Assembly: GCA_001770205.1 (NCBI GenBank)
Contig: MEQL01000061.1
Span: 186,001 to 219,229 of the forward strand
DNA length: 33,229 bases
Source: Bdellovibrionales bacterium RIFOXYD12_FULL_39_22
GTDB lineage: Bacteria; Bdellovibrionota; Bacteriovoracia; Bacteriovoracales; Bacteriovoracaceae
Direction of reading: 5' to 3'
Position numbers and translations under genes: made by a program. The notes under the pieces are model-generated. The model ran no database searches and had not been told where the DNA came from. It saw only the letters and a program-made list of their open reading frames with translations. Positions 17,551 through 26,608 of the stretch are shown here, one piece after another (the first letter of the stretch is position 1; each line of letters starts with the position of its first letter).

Positions 17551-18585
17551 TCATGCTGCGAATTTATATTCAGATTTAATCTGCCAGTTATTGATTTTAT
17601 ACTTTTTTATCTTAGTAAGCAAAGTGGATTTACTAATTTGCAAAATTCTAGCGGTTTGATTAATTTTTCCTTGATGTTGTTCTAAGGCGTAACGCAAATA
17701 TTGCTGTTCAAAAAAATCCATCGCCCGATGGTAATCAAAGGTCAAGTCTCCTCGTAAAAAAAGGTCTTTCACCGTTGGAGCATTCTCTGTTTTTACATCT
17801 GACGAAGAATGGCCAGGAGAAATCTGTTTGGCCGCATTGAGAGTTGGGGGTGAATGTGGATAACTGGCCCAAGCGGGAAGATCAGAGAGTAAAATAGTGG
17901 GGCCCTCTGCGCAAGTAATTAAATATTCCACGCAATGCTTGAGTTCTCGAATATTTCCTGGCCAAGAATGCTCTAATAAAAAATTGTAACATGAATCTGA
18001 AAACTGAAAGTTAGAAGGGGTGATATCATCAATGTGTTTAGCAGAAAAGTCTTTTAAAAATATTGAGAGCAGTTGGGAAATTAATGAACGGTTTCCTTTT
18101 ATTGGAGATAACTCATGATGATAAATCATCAGGCGAAAATATAAATCTTCGCGAAAAAGGCCAGCGCCAACCATCTCTTTAATATTGCGATTAGTTGCTG
18201 CAATAATTCGACCGCTAAAGGAAAATGGCCGCGAAGAACCAACTGGAAAATAGCGACGCTCTTCTAAAAGTTGGAGCAACTTTTTTTGCCCACCAAGAGA
18301 AAGATCACCGATTTCATCTAAAAAAAGAGTGCCGTCAAGCACCTCTCCGCAAAGGCCCGGCCGAGCAGCAGAGGCATCGGTAAAGGCCCCTTTCAAGTTG
18401 CCAAATAATTCACTCTCTAAAAGGGTTTCGGAAATAGTTGCAAGGTTGGCGGTTATAAAGGGAGATGCTTTTCGTTTGGATTGGCGATGAATTTGATTTG
18501 CCAAATAAGACTTTCCCGTCCCCGATGGGCCGGTTAAAAAAATTGGAGAATCTATATTTATAATTTTTTCTAATTTTATACTCAC
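17551..18585 (-). CDS. Sigma54-dependent AAA+ transcriptional activator with Fis-type HTH and no N-terminal sensory domain
   Basis: GPSGTGKS, ESELFG..KGAFTDA, LFLDEIG, AATNR, FREDLYFRL, WPGNIREL and a C-terminal HTH. AGGAGG at 18598-18593 favours the GTG at 18585. Confidence 0.93.
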   Translation of the reverse strand: MSIKLEKIINIDSPIFLTGPSGTGKSYLANQIHRQSKRKASPFITANLATISETLLESELFGNLKGAFTDASAARPGLCGEVLDGTLFLDEIGDLSLGGQKKLLQLLEERRYFPVGSSRPFSFSGRIIAATNRNIKEMVGAGLFREDLYFRLMIYHHELSPIKGNRSLISQLLSIFLKDFSAKHIDDITPSNFQFSDSCYNFLLEHSWPGNIRELKHCVEYLITCAEGPTILLSDLPAWASYPHSPPTLNAAKQISPGHSSSDVKTENAPTVKDLFLRGDLTFDYHRAMDFFEQQYLRYALEQHQGKINQTARILQISKSTLLTKIKKYKINNWQIKSEYKFAA

Positions 18586-18674
18586 TTTCAAACCTCCTGA
18601 AATTAGTATAAGTTGATAGGGAGGATGTATAATTATAAAAAGGTGCTGGCAAAAATCTATTTGCTAAGCAAAAG

Positions 18675-19334
18675 GTGATTTCTATCTTGAAAAATAAAAA
18701 AACAGCAAAGGCAATATTAGCTCAGCTGAAAGGCTGTTATCCAGAAGCTCACTGTGAATTAAATCATAAAAATGCATACGAATTGCTCGTAGCAACCATT
18801 CTTTCTGCGCAAAGTACTGATACTCAGGTTAATAAAGTGACGGAAAAACTTTTCGTCACATTCCCAACTGTACAGCATTTGGCGCTTGGGAAGCTGGGGA
18901 CAATAAAGACGATTATAAAGTCTCTTGGACTTTATAACAACAAGGCAAAAAACATTTTAGCGAGTGCTAAAATGATTGTGAAAAACTTTTTTGGAGTTGT
19001 TCCGGACAGTATGGAAGAACTTTTACAATTGCCAGGAGTGGGAAGAAAGACGGCCAATGTAGTTTTAGGGAACGCGTTCAAAATCAACGAAGGCATTGTG
19101 GTAGACACCCACGTAAAGCGTTTAGCAAAAATCTTAGAATTTACGAAGGAAGATGACCCGTTAAAAATTGAGCAGGATTTAATTTCTATTTTTCCTCGAG
19201 AAGATTGGTGTCTTATCAGTCATCTGCTTATTTTTCACGGTAGGCGTATTTGCACGGCCAGGAAAAGGGCCTGTGATCGTTGCGCGATTGGAAGTTACTG
19301 TTTGCATAATAGTGAGCGTTTAAAAAAATCATAA
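18675..19334 (+). CDS. nth: Endonuclease III (HhH-GPD DNA glycosylase/AP lyase)
   Basis: LLVATILSAQSTD, LPGVGRKTANVVL, VDTHV and the 4Fe-4S motif CTARKRACDRCAIGSYC. Confidence 0.97.
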   Translation: MISILKNKKTAKAILAQLKGCYPEAHCELNHKNAYELLVATILSAQSTDTQVNKVTEKLFVTFPTVQHLALGKLGTIKTIIKSLGLYNNKAKNILASAKMIVKNFFGVVPDSMEELLQLPGVGRKTANVVLGNAFKINEGIVVDTHVKRLAKILEFTKEDDPLKIEQDLISIFPREDWCLISHLLIFHGRRICTARKRACDRCAIGSYCLHNSERLKKS

Positions 19335-20077
19335 AAAACTTCTTCGGCAATATCCTCGCGGCACCAGAGGATATTTTTGTCATATCTTTCTTTGTTTAAT
19401 TTTTGTATACGGTTTCCAGAACTATCATACATTGCAATATTGTTTCTTTTGCAAAGGCAAAAACCTCCAGCAATATCCCAAATATTTTTTCCATGTTTGG
19501 TAATAATGAAATCACATTCACCGGAAGAGATTAAACCCAGCTTGTAGGCAATACTACCAACTTCTTTTAGGATATATTTGTTTTGATCGTATTGATCAAA
19601 AAGGCCCTCCTGAATCTCTGTGCGGGAGATAAAACCTAAAAGCTTATCTCGCTTAACCAGATTAGAAGAGAGAGATATTGGTCTGGAGGAGGTAAGGGAG
19701 ATGCCATTGTATGGATTGTAAATCCACCCCCAGAAGTCATTTGTTTCAAAATCAGAGATTATTGCCAAGGAAAGAGCGCACTCTTTTGTTCCAGAAATTA
19801 ATTCTCTAGTACCATCGATAGGATCGAGAATAATTGCGGGAAACTGTAAATCCCCATGATCTTCTTCGCTGAAAAAAGAAAATCCTCGTTCAATAAAAGG
19901 GGCCAAGGACTTTTTTAAATAATTAGAAATATCAACGTCAAGTTCAGTTACCGGGGAATTGTCTATTTTAAGATCAATTTTTAAATGGCCAAGAGCGCGC
20001 TGATGCTCAAACTCTTGCAAGCGAGAAGAAATAAATTTTTTGATCGCTTCAATTTGGCCGTTATCTAACATAAGCAT
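19295..20077 (-). CDS. Inositol monophosphatase/CysQ-family phosphatase
   Basis: SPVTELD, SEE, LDPIDGT, GSIAYK and WDIAGG motifs. Confidence 0.9.
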   Translation of the reverse strand: MLMLDNGQIEAIKKFISSRLQEFEHQRALGHLKIDLKIDNSPVTELDVDISNYLKKSLAPFIERGFSFFSEEDHGDLQFPAIILDPIDGTRELISGTKECALSLAIISDFETNDFWGWIYNPYNGISLTSSRPISLSSNLVKRDKLLGFISRTEIQEGLFDQYDQNKYILKEVGSIAYKLGLISSGECDFIITKHGKNIWDIAGGFCLCKRNNIAMYDSSGNRIQKLNKERYDKNILWCREDIAEEVFYDFFKRSLLCKQ

Positions 20078-20078
20078 C

Positions 20079-21533
20079 CTAGGAAAACATTCGCAAAAGA
20101 ACTTTCAGGCGAACTTCTAAGTGAGAATCTAGCAAACATATTATAATATAGATTAGATAAATCATATTGCGGCCAGAACGCAAACGAGAGATTGATTGAA
20201 AAAGAATCTCTAGCGGAACGAGAGAAAAAAGAACGGTGGGCCAAAGAATAGAAAATCCTTTCAAAAGATAAGAGTCAATGGTTAGTGAGTAGATAAATAA
20301 GATCAAAAGAAGAATGAAAAGTTGCTGAATACGTTTAGTATCAATATTAATTTGGCGAAAAAACTGTCGATTGCTCCAAATAAGCTTAGCAATTAGAAGA
20401 GGAAGACCGAGATAGGCGATGGAAAAGAAGGCCTTTTTGTTCATAATTTTGATCAAAGCACTAAAATAATTTGCATCGATGACATTCGATAAGTTGAAGG
20501 CCGATCTGTTAAAATATGCCACAAAAAAAGAAAGCAGTAATCCGGGGATAGCGTATCGTAAAAGTTGTCTTTTAAACCAATCAGTCTTCCCGGGAAGAAA
20601 GAAAAAATAAGTCAAGATAAGTTGAAAAATGGCCAGCCATGCCCAGGCGTGATTGATTAGTACGCCCCAGAAAAACATAAGCCCCCAATAGAGTCCAACG
20701 CGATAGGAAGAACTGCGAGTTAACCAAATTAAAGACCAAATCCACAAAACAGAGTAGGTGGTTAGCAAAGAGGCCCCGCTGTTGGCGGCCAAAAGTTTAG
20801 TGTAAGGCCAAGAGGAAACCAGGGCAAAAATACCTAAAATAGATAGACGGCGAGATACAAAATAACGCAACAGTGCATAGGTTGTTACGAGAAACATTCC
20901 AAGGCCTACAAAATAAAAATGCATACTCCATCCCAGACGAAAGAGAGAAGGATACTTTTTAAAAGGAAGGTAGTTAACATCAAGGAAAATCCAAAACTGT
21001 GCACTTATTTTCTCTAGAGGATCAAAAAACATTTTGAGAGCATCTGGATTGGTTAAAGAGGGTAGTTCCGGTAGAGAAATAAAGAAAGTAGTTATAATCA
21101 AGATCAATAAAGTTTTTTCAAAACGATCAAGAAATTTAAATTCACTAAAATAGGCCGTCACTGTTTCTTGAATTATTTTGCCGCGAGTAGGCCATGAATA
21201 GAAGGTTCCCAGCACTACCCAGGTTAGCCAAAAGAGATTGCTTGTCCACTTGGCCGGGAGGTAATCAATAACGTTGAAATAGATGGCCATAACCGCCATT
21301 CCCAAAACCAGGCGATATACGACTCGATCAAATGAGGAGTTGGCCAAGAAGAAAATATTAAAACGATGATCAACCTCTTTTCCTAAAAGAAACCATTGGC
21401 CGATCATAAAAATTATATAAAAAATCATCATGGCGGACTGTGTGAAGGGATGAAGATTGAGTTCTGTTTGCAGTAAGGTTGGGATAAGTAAAAAGGAGGT
21501 GTAGATAAAAGCGCGGATTAAAAAAAATTTCAT
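20079..21533 (-). CDS. Polytopic integral membrane protein of unknown function
   Basis: Roughly a dozen hydrophobic, aromatic-rich helices. Start at 21533 (MKFFLIRA) or 21578. Confidence 0.85.
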   Translation of the reverse strand: MKFFLIRAFIYTSFLLIPTLLQTELNLHPFTQSAMMIFYIIFMIGQWFLLGKEVDHRFNIFFLANSSFDRVVYRLVLGMAVMAIYFNVIDYLPAKWTSNLFWLTWVVLGTFYSWPTRGKIIQETVTAYFSEFKFLDRFEKTLLILIITTFFISLPELPSLTNPDALKMFFDPLEKISAQFWIFLDVNYLPFKKYPSLFRLGWSMHFYFVGLGMFLVTTYALLRYFVSRRLSILGIFALVSSWPYTKLLAANSGASLLTTYSVLWIWSLIWLTRSSSYRVGLYWGLMFFWGVLINHAWAWLAIFQLILTYFFFLPGKTDWFKRQLLRYAIPGLLLSFFVAYFNRSAFNLSNVIDANYFSALIKIMNKKAFFSIAYLGLPLLIAKLIWSNRQFFRQINIDTKRIQQLFILLLILFIYSLTIDSYLLKGFSILWPTVLFSLVPLEILFQSISRLRSGRNMIYLIYIIICLLDSHLEVRLKVLLRMFS

Positions 21534-21670
21534 TTTCTTAATCCCGATTGTTGATAAAAATGCTTTGTTTTGCTCCATATTTTTCTATCTGCCTAGAATA
21601 TTTAGAATATATCCCGCGCACATGGTTGCCAAGAATATTCAGTGAGAAATTGTTGCCCATCCGGCCACAA

Positions 21671-21698
21671 TTGCATCGAACTGTATAAATGCTATCAT
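21671..21698 (+). promoter_or_regulatory. Candidate sigma70-type promoter for the fliD operon
   Basis: TTGCAT-N16-TATCAT with an extended -10 (TGcTATCAT), 68 nt upstream of fliD. Confidence 0.4.
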
Positions 21699-21766
21699 CT
21701 ATTCCATAATGGGAAGACTTTCTGGAAGAAGGTTTTCTAGCTCAAACCTAATCAGAAGGAGGCAGT

Positions 21767-23158
21767 TTGGGTATCTCTTTTGGCTCCATTGGAACCGGCC
21801 TTCCGAAAGATATTGTTCAGCAACTTCTTACTGCTGAGAAGGCCCCGCTTGAGCAAATGGAGGCCAAAAAAGGTAAAATTGAAACTAAGAAAAAATTAGT
21901 AGAAGAGGCCATTGGGCTAGTAGAAAAAATCCGAGGAAACTTAACCGCCAACAGCAGCGTAAAAAACCTCCGAGAACTAAAGTACGAAACGCGTAACGAT
22001 ATAATTGATGTTGCGCTCGATAAGAATATAGCGGAACCAGGGGAGCATCAGATCGAAGTTATTCAATTGGCCCAAAAATCTACTGCGATGTCTTCTGGAT
22101 TTAAAGACAAAGACAACAGCTACGTTGGGGTTGGATATATACAATATACACTTCCCAATGGGGATAATCGGGAAATATATATCGATTCAGAGCATGCTTC
22201 GATTGCTGGAATTGCCAAGTTAATCAATAACGACCCAGAAAGTGGAATGACTGCGCAAGTAGTTAATGATGGAAGTGGAACGGACACTCCCTGGAGATTG
22301 TTGATTAGTTTAAGTGAAACGGGAGCTGGCAATAAGGCCGAATTTCCTTACTTTTATTTTATCGACGGAGAGGATGACCTTTATTTGGAATCGCAGCGGC
22401 CAGCACAAAATGCTAAAATAAAACTAAACGGTTTTGAGATCGAACTTCCGTCAAATAAGAACTCCGATCTTATTCCGGGAGTTACGTTAAACTTAAAAAA
22501 GGCCATGCCTGGAGAAGAATTTTCTCTAAAAATTTCGGAAGACGTTGGTGCCATTACAGAGAAAGTTGATGATTTGGTAGCAAAAATCAATGGTGTTTTA
22601 TCTTTTATTAAAGCGCAAAACACCATGGATGCGAAAACGGACACCTCTATTACTTTGGGTGGCGATATGTCTTTGCAATCGCTGGAAAGTCGAATTAGAA
22701 GGGCCGTATTTCAAGATGTTCAAACGACATTTGGCCCTCGGCGTTTTGGTGATTTGGGCGTGCAATTTAGCAGGGAAGGAGTGTTGCAGCTAGACAAGAA
22801 GAAATTTGAGTCGGTGTTGGCCAGCGACTTTCGCGCGGCCACGCAAATATTGCGAGGGATTTATACTGAAGAGGGAGTGAAAAGCTATGGCTTTATGGAC
22901 TACCTGGAAGAGGCGGTGGAAAACTGTTTGCGCGCTCCAGATGGATTGTTGCTGTCCAGAAAAAACACCTTTCAGTCTAACATAAACGAGATGGATCGGC
23001 GTATTCAAGACAAGATGCGTTCGATTGCACAGAAAGAGGAAAATTTAAAAATGAAGTTTGCTCGACTAGAAAGTACTATTGCAAATTTGCAAAAATCTAG
23101 TGCGGGTATCGCTTCGTTAGCGGCAAATAATGTAAGTCCAGTGACCCAATTAGGATGA
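21767..23158 (+). CDS. fliD: Flagellar filament cap protein FliD (HAP2)
   Basis: ISFGSIGTGL N-terminus, VIQLAQ, AQNAKIKLNG, LIPGVTLNLKK and a C-terminal coiled coil (FARLESTIANL). AGGAGG RBS with TTG start. Confidence 0.95.
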   Translation: MGISFGSIGTGLPKDIVQQLLTAEKAPLEQMEAKKGKIETKKKLVEEAIGLVEKIRGNLTANSSVKNLRELKYETRNDIIDVALDKNIAEPGEHQIEVIQLAQKSTAMSSGFKDKDNSYVGVGYIQYTLPNGDNREIYIDSEHASIAGIAKLINNDPESGMTAQVVNDGSGTDTPWRLLISLSETGAGNKAEFPYFYFIDGEDDLYLESQRPAQNAKIKLNGFEIELPSNKNSDLIPGVTLNLKKAMPGEEFSLKISEDVGAITEKVDDLVAKINGVLSFIKAQNTMDAKTDTSITLGGDMSLQSLESRIRRAVFQDVQTTFGPRRFGDLGVQFSREGVLQLDKKKFESVLASDFRAATQILRGIYTEEGVKSYGFMDYLEEAVENCLRAPDGLLLSRKNTFQSNINEMDRRIQDKMRSIAQKEENLKMKFARLESTIANLQKSSAGIASLAANNVSPVTQLG

Positions 23159-23185
23159 TAAAAAAATATTCGCGAGGAGGATAAA

Positions 23186-23593
23186 ATGAGTTATGGATTA
23201 GGAGCGTATAAAAAGACCTCCATTCACACAGCAAGTAAAGAGCAGATCCTGTTAATGCTTTATCAGGCGGCAATTAAAAATTGTAAGAAGGCCATTGAGG
23301 CGGTCGAACAAAATCAGATTGCCAAGAAGGGAGAGTACATTGGTAAATTGCAAGACATTGTGATAGAATTAAACAACAGTCTCGATTTCGAGGTCGGAGG
23401 CAAGGTGGCCCAAGAGCTTTCTTCGCTTTATGACTATGTCTTGTTTGCTAGTACCCAGGCCAATATCAAAATAGATGCAGAACTTTTAAAAAGTTGCCTG
23501 CAAGTTTTGATAACCCTCTATGATGGTTGGAATGAGGCAATTAAATCACTTAAAACAACAAAATCACCAACAAACAACCAGCAAGAGGAGTAA
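23186..23593 (+). CDS. fliS: Flagellin export chaperone FliS
   Basis: AYKKTSIHTASKEQILLMLY, ELNNSLDFEVGG and LSSLYDY; directly after fliD. Confidence 0.97.
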   Translation: MSYGLGAYKKTSIHTASKEQILLMLYQAAIKNCKKAIEAVEQNQIAKKGEYIGKLQDIVIELNNSLDFEVGGKVAQELSSLYDYVLFASTQANIKIDAELLKSCLQVLITLYDGWNEAIKSLKTTKSPTNNQQEE

Positions 23594-23596
23594 CTT

Positions 23597-24004
23597 GTGA
23601 AAGAAAAAATTTATGAAATGCTTATGGAGTACACATCATTAGTTGACGCACTAGTTGAAAAATCGGAAGCAATTTTGTTGGCCAGCGAGCAGGGAAATAT
23701 TGATTTTATTAATCGGGAAGCAGAAAACCGACTAAGTTTGGTTAATATTCTAGAGCATATTCAAGACAAAATCGATCTGTTAATCCCCCAAATAAATGAC
23801 TTGAATAGTAACAGAGAGTTGTTAGAATTATTAAAGGTGTGGCTTGGTGAGTTGGAGATCTGGAGTGGCCGCGTTCAATGGATTGATAATCAGATCTACG
23901 ATTTCTTAAACGCAATGAAGGAGGATACGGCCAAGGAAGTTGCTAATATTTTTAGAAGTATTAATCAGTTTAAGGGTTACGATTTATCGTCCGTTAAAAA
24001 GTGA
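23597..24004 (+). CDS. Helical protein in the FliT position (FliT/FlgN-like chaperone candidate)
   Basis: All-alpha amphipathic 135 aa ending FKGYDL, directly after fliS; GAGGAG RBS. Confidence 0.65.
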   Translation: MKEKIYEMLMEYTSLVDALVEKSEAILLASEQGNIDFINREAENRLSLVNILEHIQDKIDLLIPQINDLNSNRELLELLKVWLGELEIWSGRVQWIDNQIYDFLNAMKEDTAKEVANIFRSINQFKGYDLSSVKK

Positions 24005-24720
24005 TTTCTCAATGCGTATCAAGGATGGAACGTATGAAAAATTTTGTCTTGGCCCCACCTATAGATTCGTTTCAAATCAAATATGCCAAAACGGGCCAGG
24101 CCATTCCCGTTATTAATGATGTTCACCTGCATTCTATCTACTATCCCATCAGAGAGGCGGAGGCCTTCGTTACTAAGCAAAAAACTATTATTGGTGAAAA
24201 AAAACAGGTTTTGCTTTTGGGGTTGGGTTATGGATACCACGTGAATGCTTTGGCCAAATATCTTTTTAGCTCTTTTGGAGATGATTTTGAAATTTGCGTT
24301 ATAGAGCCATTTGAACAACTAGTGGTGGATGTTACCACGCTTTCTCTTATTAATACCGACAAAGTTAAGATTTTTTCTAGTAACAACGTTGCCGATCTTT
24401 TTGATAATTTAGAGCTGATAAATTTTCTAGTCAAGCGGCCGGCGGTCGTTGCCCATCCCTCCTCTTTCAATCTAAGTAGTAAATATTTTAAGGCATTTTT
24501 GGAATTCAAAGCAGACAAAAGTGCCGAGGGCATTTCTGCTAGACTATGTGATGAGTCGCTAAAAGTATTTTACCATCAAAATTTCACTTCATCTGGCCAA
24601 CAGCGCTCATATTCCGAAATTATTAACAAAAAAACAAAAGTTGCGCCTTTGGACTTTCTGTTTTTGGCGTTGGATAAAATTACTTCTGAGGGAACGAAGA
24701 AATTAACGGAGCAAGTGTAG
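24001..24720 (+). CDS. Stand-alone Maf (motility-associated factor) N-terminal-like Rossmann domain protein
   Basis: LHSIYYPIREAE, LLGLGYGYH and ICVIEP are typical of Maf N-termini. The protein ends without the central catalytic domain. Confidence 0.75.
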   Translation: MISQCVSRMERMKNFVLAPPIDSFQIKYAKTGQAIPVINDVHLHSIYYPIREAEAFVTKQKTIIGEKKQVLLLGLGYGYHVNALAKYLFSSFGDDFEICVIEPFEQLVVDVTTLSLINTDKVKIFSSNNVADLFDNLELINFLVKRPAVVAHPSSFNLSSKYFKAFLEFKADKSAEGISARLCDESLKVFYHQNFTSSGQQRSYSEIINKKTKVAPLDFLFLALDKITSEGTKKLTEQV

Positions 24721-24721
24721 T

Positions 24722-26443
24722 ATGGAAAAAAACATTTTAATTATTAATCTAAAAAGGTTTGGAGATATATATCAGGCCACACAGTTGATTGATTCGATTA
24801 TTGCCGTTGATCCGTTGATGAATATTGAGATGCTTGTTTACTCAGAGTTCGAAAAGGTTACCAAAACAATTCAAAACATTTCCAAGGCACACATCATTGA
24901 TAGGGAAAAAATAATTTCGCTCAAGAACAATCCAGTATACTCGGATGCTTTTTCTGTAAATGAACTTTTCGTTGCGCTAGAACCTTTGCGAAAGAGGAAG
25001 TGGGATAAGGTAATAAATTATTCTGGAGATAATGTTTCTACCTACATCACTTCTTATTTGGCCACAGAGGATAATTGCCTAGGAGTTTCTTTTAATGAAA
25101 AAAATATAATTAAATATTCAAATCGTTGGTCTATGGTTTTTAATGATTTACTTACTTCGTATAAATATACGCCAATAAATTTTTCCGATACTCTTCATAA
25201 TATGGTGGGGGTTAAGCGTGCAGAAGGTGCCAACCATATAATTACCAATGAAAAGCATAACATTGTAGCGGCAGATAATCTTAATCGCATTAGACAAAAG
25301 GAATCAGAAACACTTCGACGTGCCAAGGGAAGCACCGGAACGGAGACAGTGAAAATTGTTGGTTTGCAACTAATTACTTCTCAAGCGGACAAAAATATTC
25401 CACTCAATGTTATGATTGAGTTACTAGGAATGTTGCTAGATGACCCTCAAAAATATCCTGTTTTACTTATTGCCCCCAATGAGACCGAACGTCGTTATGT
25501 AAATCGTTTGAACGAGTATTTTGATAATAAACTAGTTACTATTGAATCAGATTTCGTGGCGTTGCCATCAGTTCTTTCCAACATTGACTTGTTAGTTGCA
25601 CCCGACACGGTGGTTAAACATCTTGCTGACTTGCTAAAAACACCAGTTGTAGAAGTTTCTTTGGGAAGTGGCCCCTTCCTTAAACAAGGAACCAACAATG
25701 TAGGAAATTTAATTCTTACAGATCTTCTCGAAACGAGGGTATGGTTTGATGGACAGATTGGCAGTAACGATGGCAAATCAAAGCAGACCAATATTAAGGC
25801 CGAAGATATTTTTAATGCGATCACTGTTTATTTCAATTCTGCGCTGGAGACAACAACAACCCTTTCTTCTAAAATTTCTTTATACAGAGTAGAAAAGGAT
25901 AGTAAGGGGACTATATATCGACCGGTGAGTGGAGATGTTAACGCCTCTGTTGAGATAATGCGATTATTGTCTCGCCATACTCTTTTTACGCTAATGGGGA
26001 TTAAAGATTTTTCTGACTTGGAAGAAATGATTGCAAGTTGGCCGTCCGCGGCCGTTGTGGAAATAATTAAGACATCAAGAGATAACGTCGTGTTGGCAAC
26101 CAAGCTACTTTTAAATACCCTCCGGTGCTTAATAAAAACGAAAGAAGGTAGTCGTTATGGCCAGGCCTTTTTAAATGCCCTAGATGAGTTGTTGGTAGAG
26201 TGCGATGCACATCAAATAACGTCTATTCCAATTATTTTCTTCAGAGCAAAGCTAGAAGCATTAAGTAGTTCTTCGGCGGAGCAAAATATTTCTGATGTAG
26301 AGACTCTTTTGTATGACTTGAAGGCCAACGTACAAATGATAATTGCAATATTAAATACAATTGAAAACAAAGTTATGGAACGAATACGAGCAGAAAAAGA
26401 AAAGAAAAATGATAGCACTAACGAAGCGGCCGATGGCAATTAA
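24722..26443 (+). CDS. Glycosyltransferase family 9 (heptosyltransferase-like) with long C-terminal helical extension
   Basis: ILIINLKRFGDIYQ and DLLVAPDTVVKHLADLLKTP. At 573 aa it is much longer than WaaC/WaaF. Confidence 0.85.
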   Translation: MEKNILIINLKRFGDIYQATQLIDSIIAVDPLMNIEMLVYSEFEKVTKTIQNISKAHIIDREKIISLKNNPVYSDAFSVNELFVALEPLRKRKWDKVINYSGDNVSTYITSYLATEDNCLGVSFNEKNIIKYSNRWSMVFNDLLTSYKYTPINFSDTLHNMVGVKRAEGANHIITNEKHNIVAADNLNRIRQKESETLRRAKGSTGTETVKIVGLQLITSQADKNIPLNVMIELLGMLLDDPQKYPVLLIAPNETERRYVNRLNEYFDNKLVTIESDFVALPSVLSNIDLLVAPDTVVKHLADLLKTPVVEVSLGSGPFLKQGTNNVGNLILTDLLETRVWFDGQIGSNDGKSKQTNIKAEDIFNAITVYFNSALETTTTLSSKISLYRVEKDSKGTIYRPVSGDVNASVEIMRLLSRHTLFTLMGIKDFSDLEEMIASWPSAAVVEIIKTSRDNVVLATKLLLNTLRCLIKTKEGSRYGQAFLNALDELLVECDAHQITSIPIIFFRAKLEALSSSSAEQNISDVETLLYDLKANVQMIIAILNTIENKVMERIRAEKEKKNDSTNEAADGN

Positions 26444-26458
26444 ACCCAGAGTAAACTC

Positions 26459-26608
26459 ATGGAAAAAATTAGAGAAGAATTAAAAACGAAGATTGATACA
26501 ATAAAAACCAGACTGGAAGAGCGCAGTAATGAACTTGGCCGTGAAGAGATGCAGATTTTGTTATTCAGTCTATTATTAGAAGAGGAACAAAATGCAGGCC
26601 CAAACTAA
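26459..26608 (+). CDS. Small hypothetical helical protein (49 aa), absent from the ORF track
   Basis: MEKIREELKTKIDTIKTRLEERSNELGREEMQILLFSLLLEEEQNAGPN* fills the gap between the two GT9 genes and overlaps the next start. Confidence 0.65.
   Translation: MEKIREELKTKIDTIKTRLEERSNELGREEMQILLFSLLLEEEQNAGPN

Noticed and set aside
18646..18665. TGGCA...TTGCT between the sigma54 activator and nth as a -24/-12 promoter
   Set aside because: The GG-to-GC spacing is 13 nt, not the required 10.
21579..21766. c-di-GMP riboswitch or other ncRNA upstream of fliD
   Set aside because: The conserved GGCAAA/GAAA-tetraloop/GCAAAG pattern is absent on both strands.
24001..24720. SAM-dependent methyltransferase, or a Maf pseudogene
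   Set aside because: The LGLGYG motif occurs with LHSxYxPxxEA, typical of Maf N-domains. The ORF ends cleanly 1 nt before the next start, with no downstream Maf remnant.
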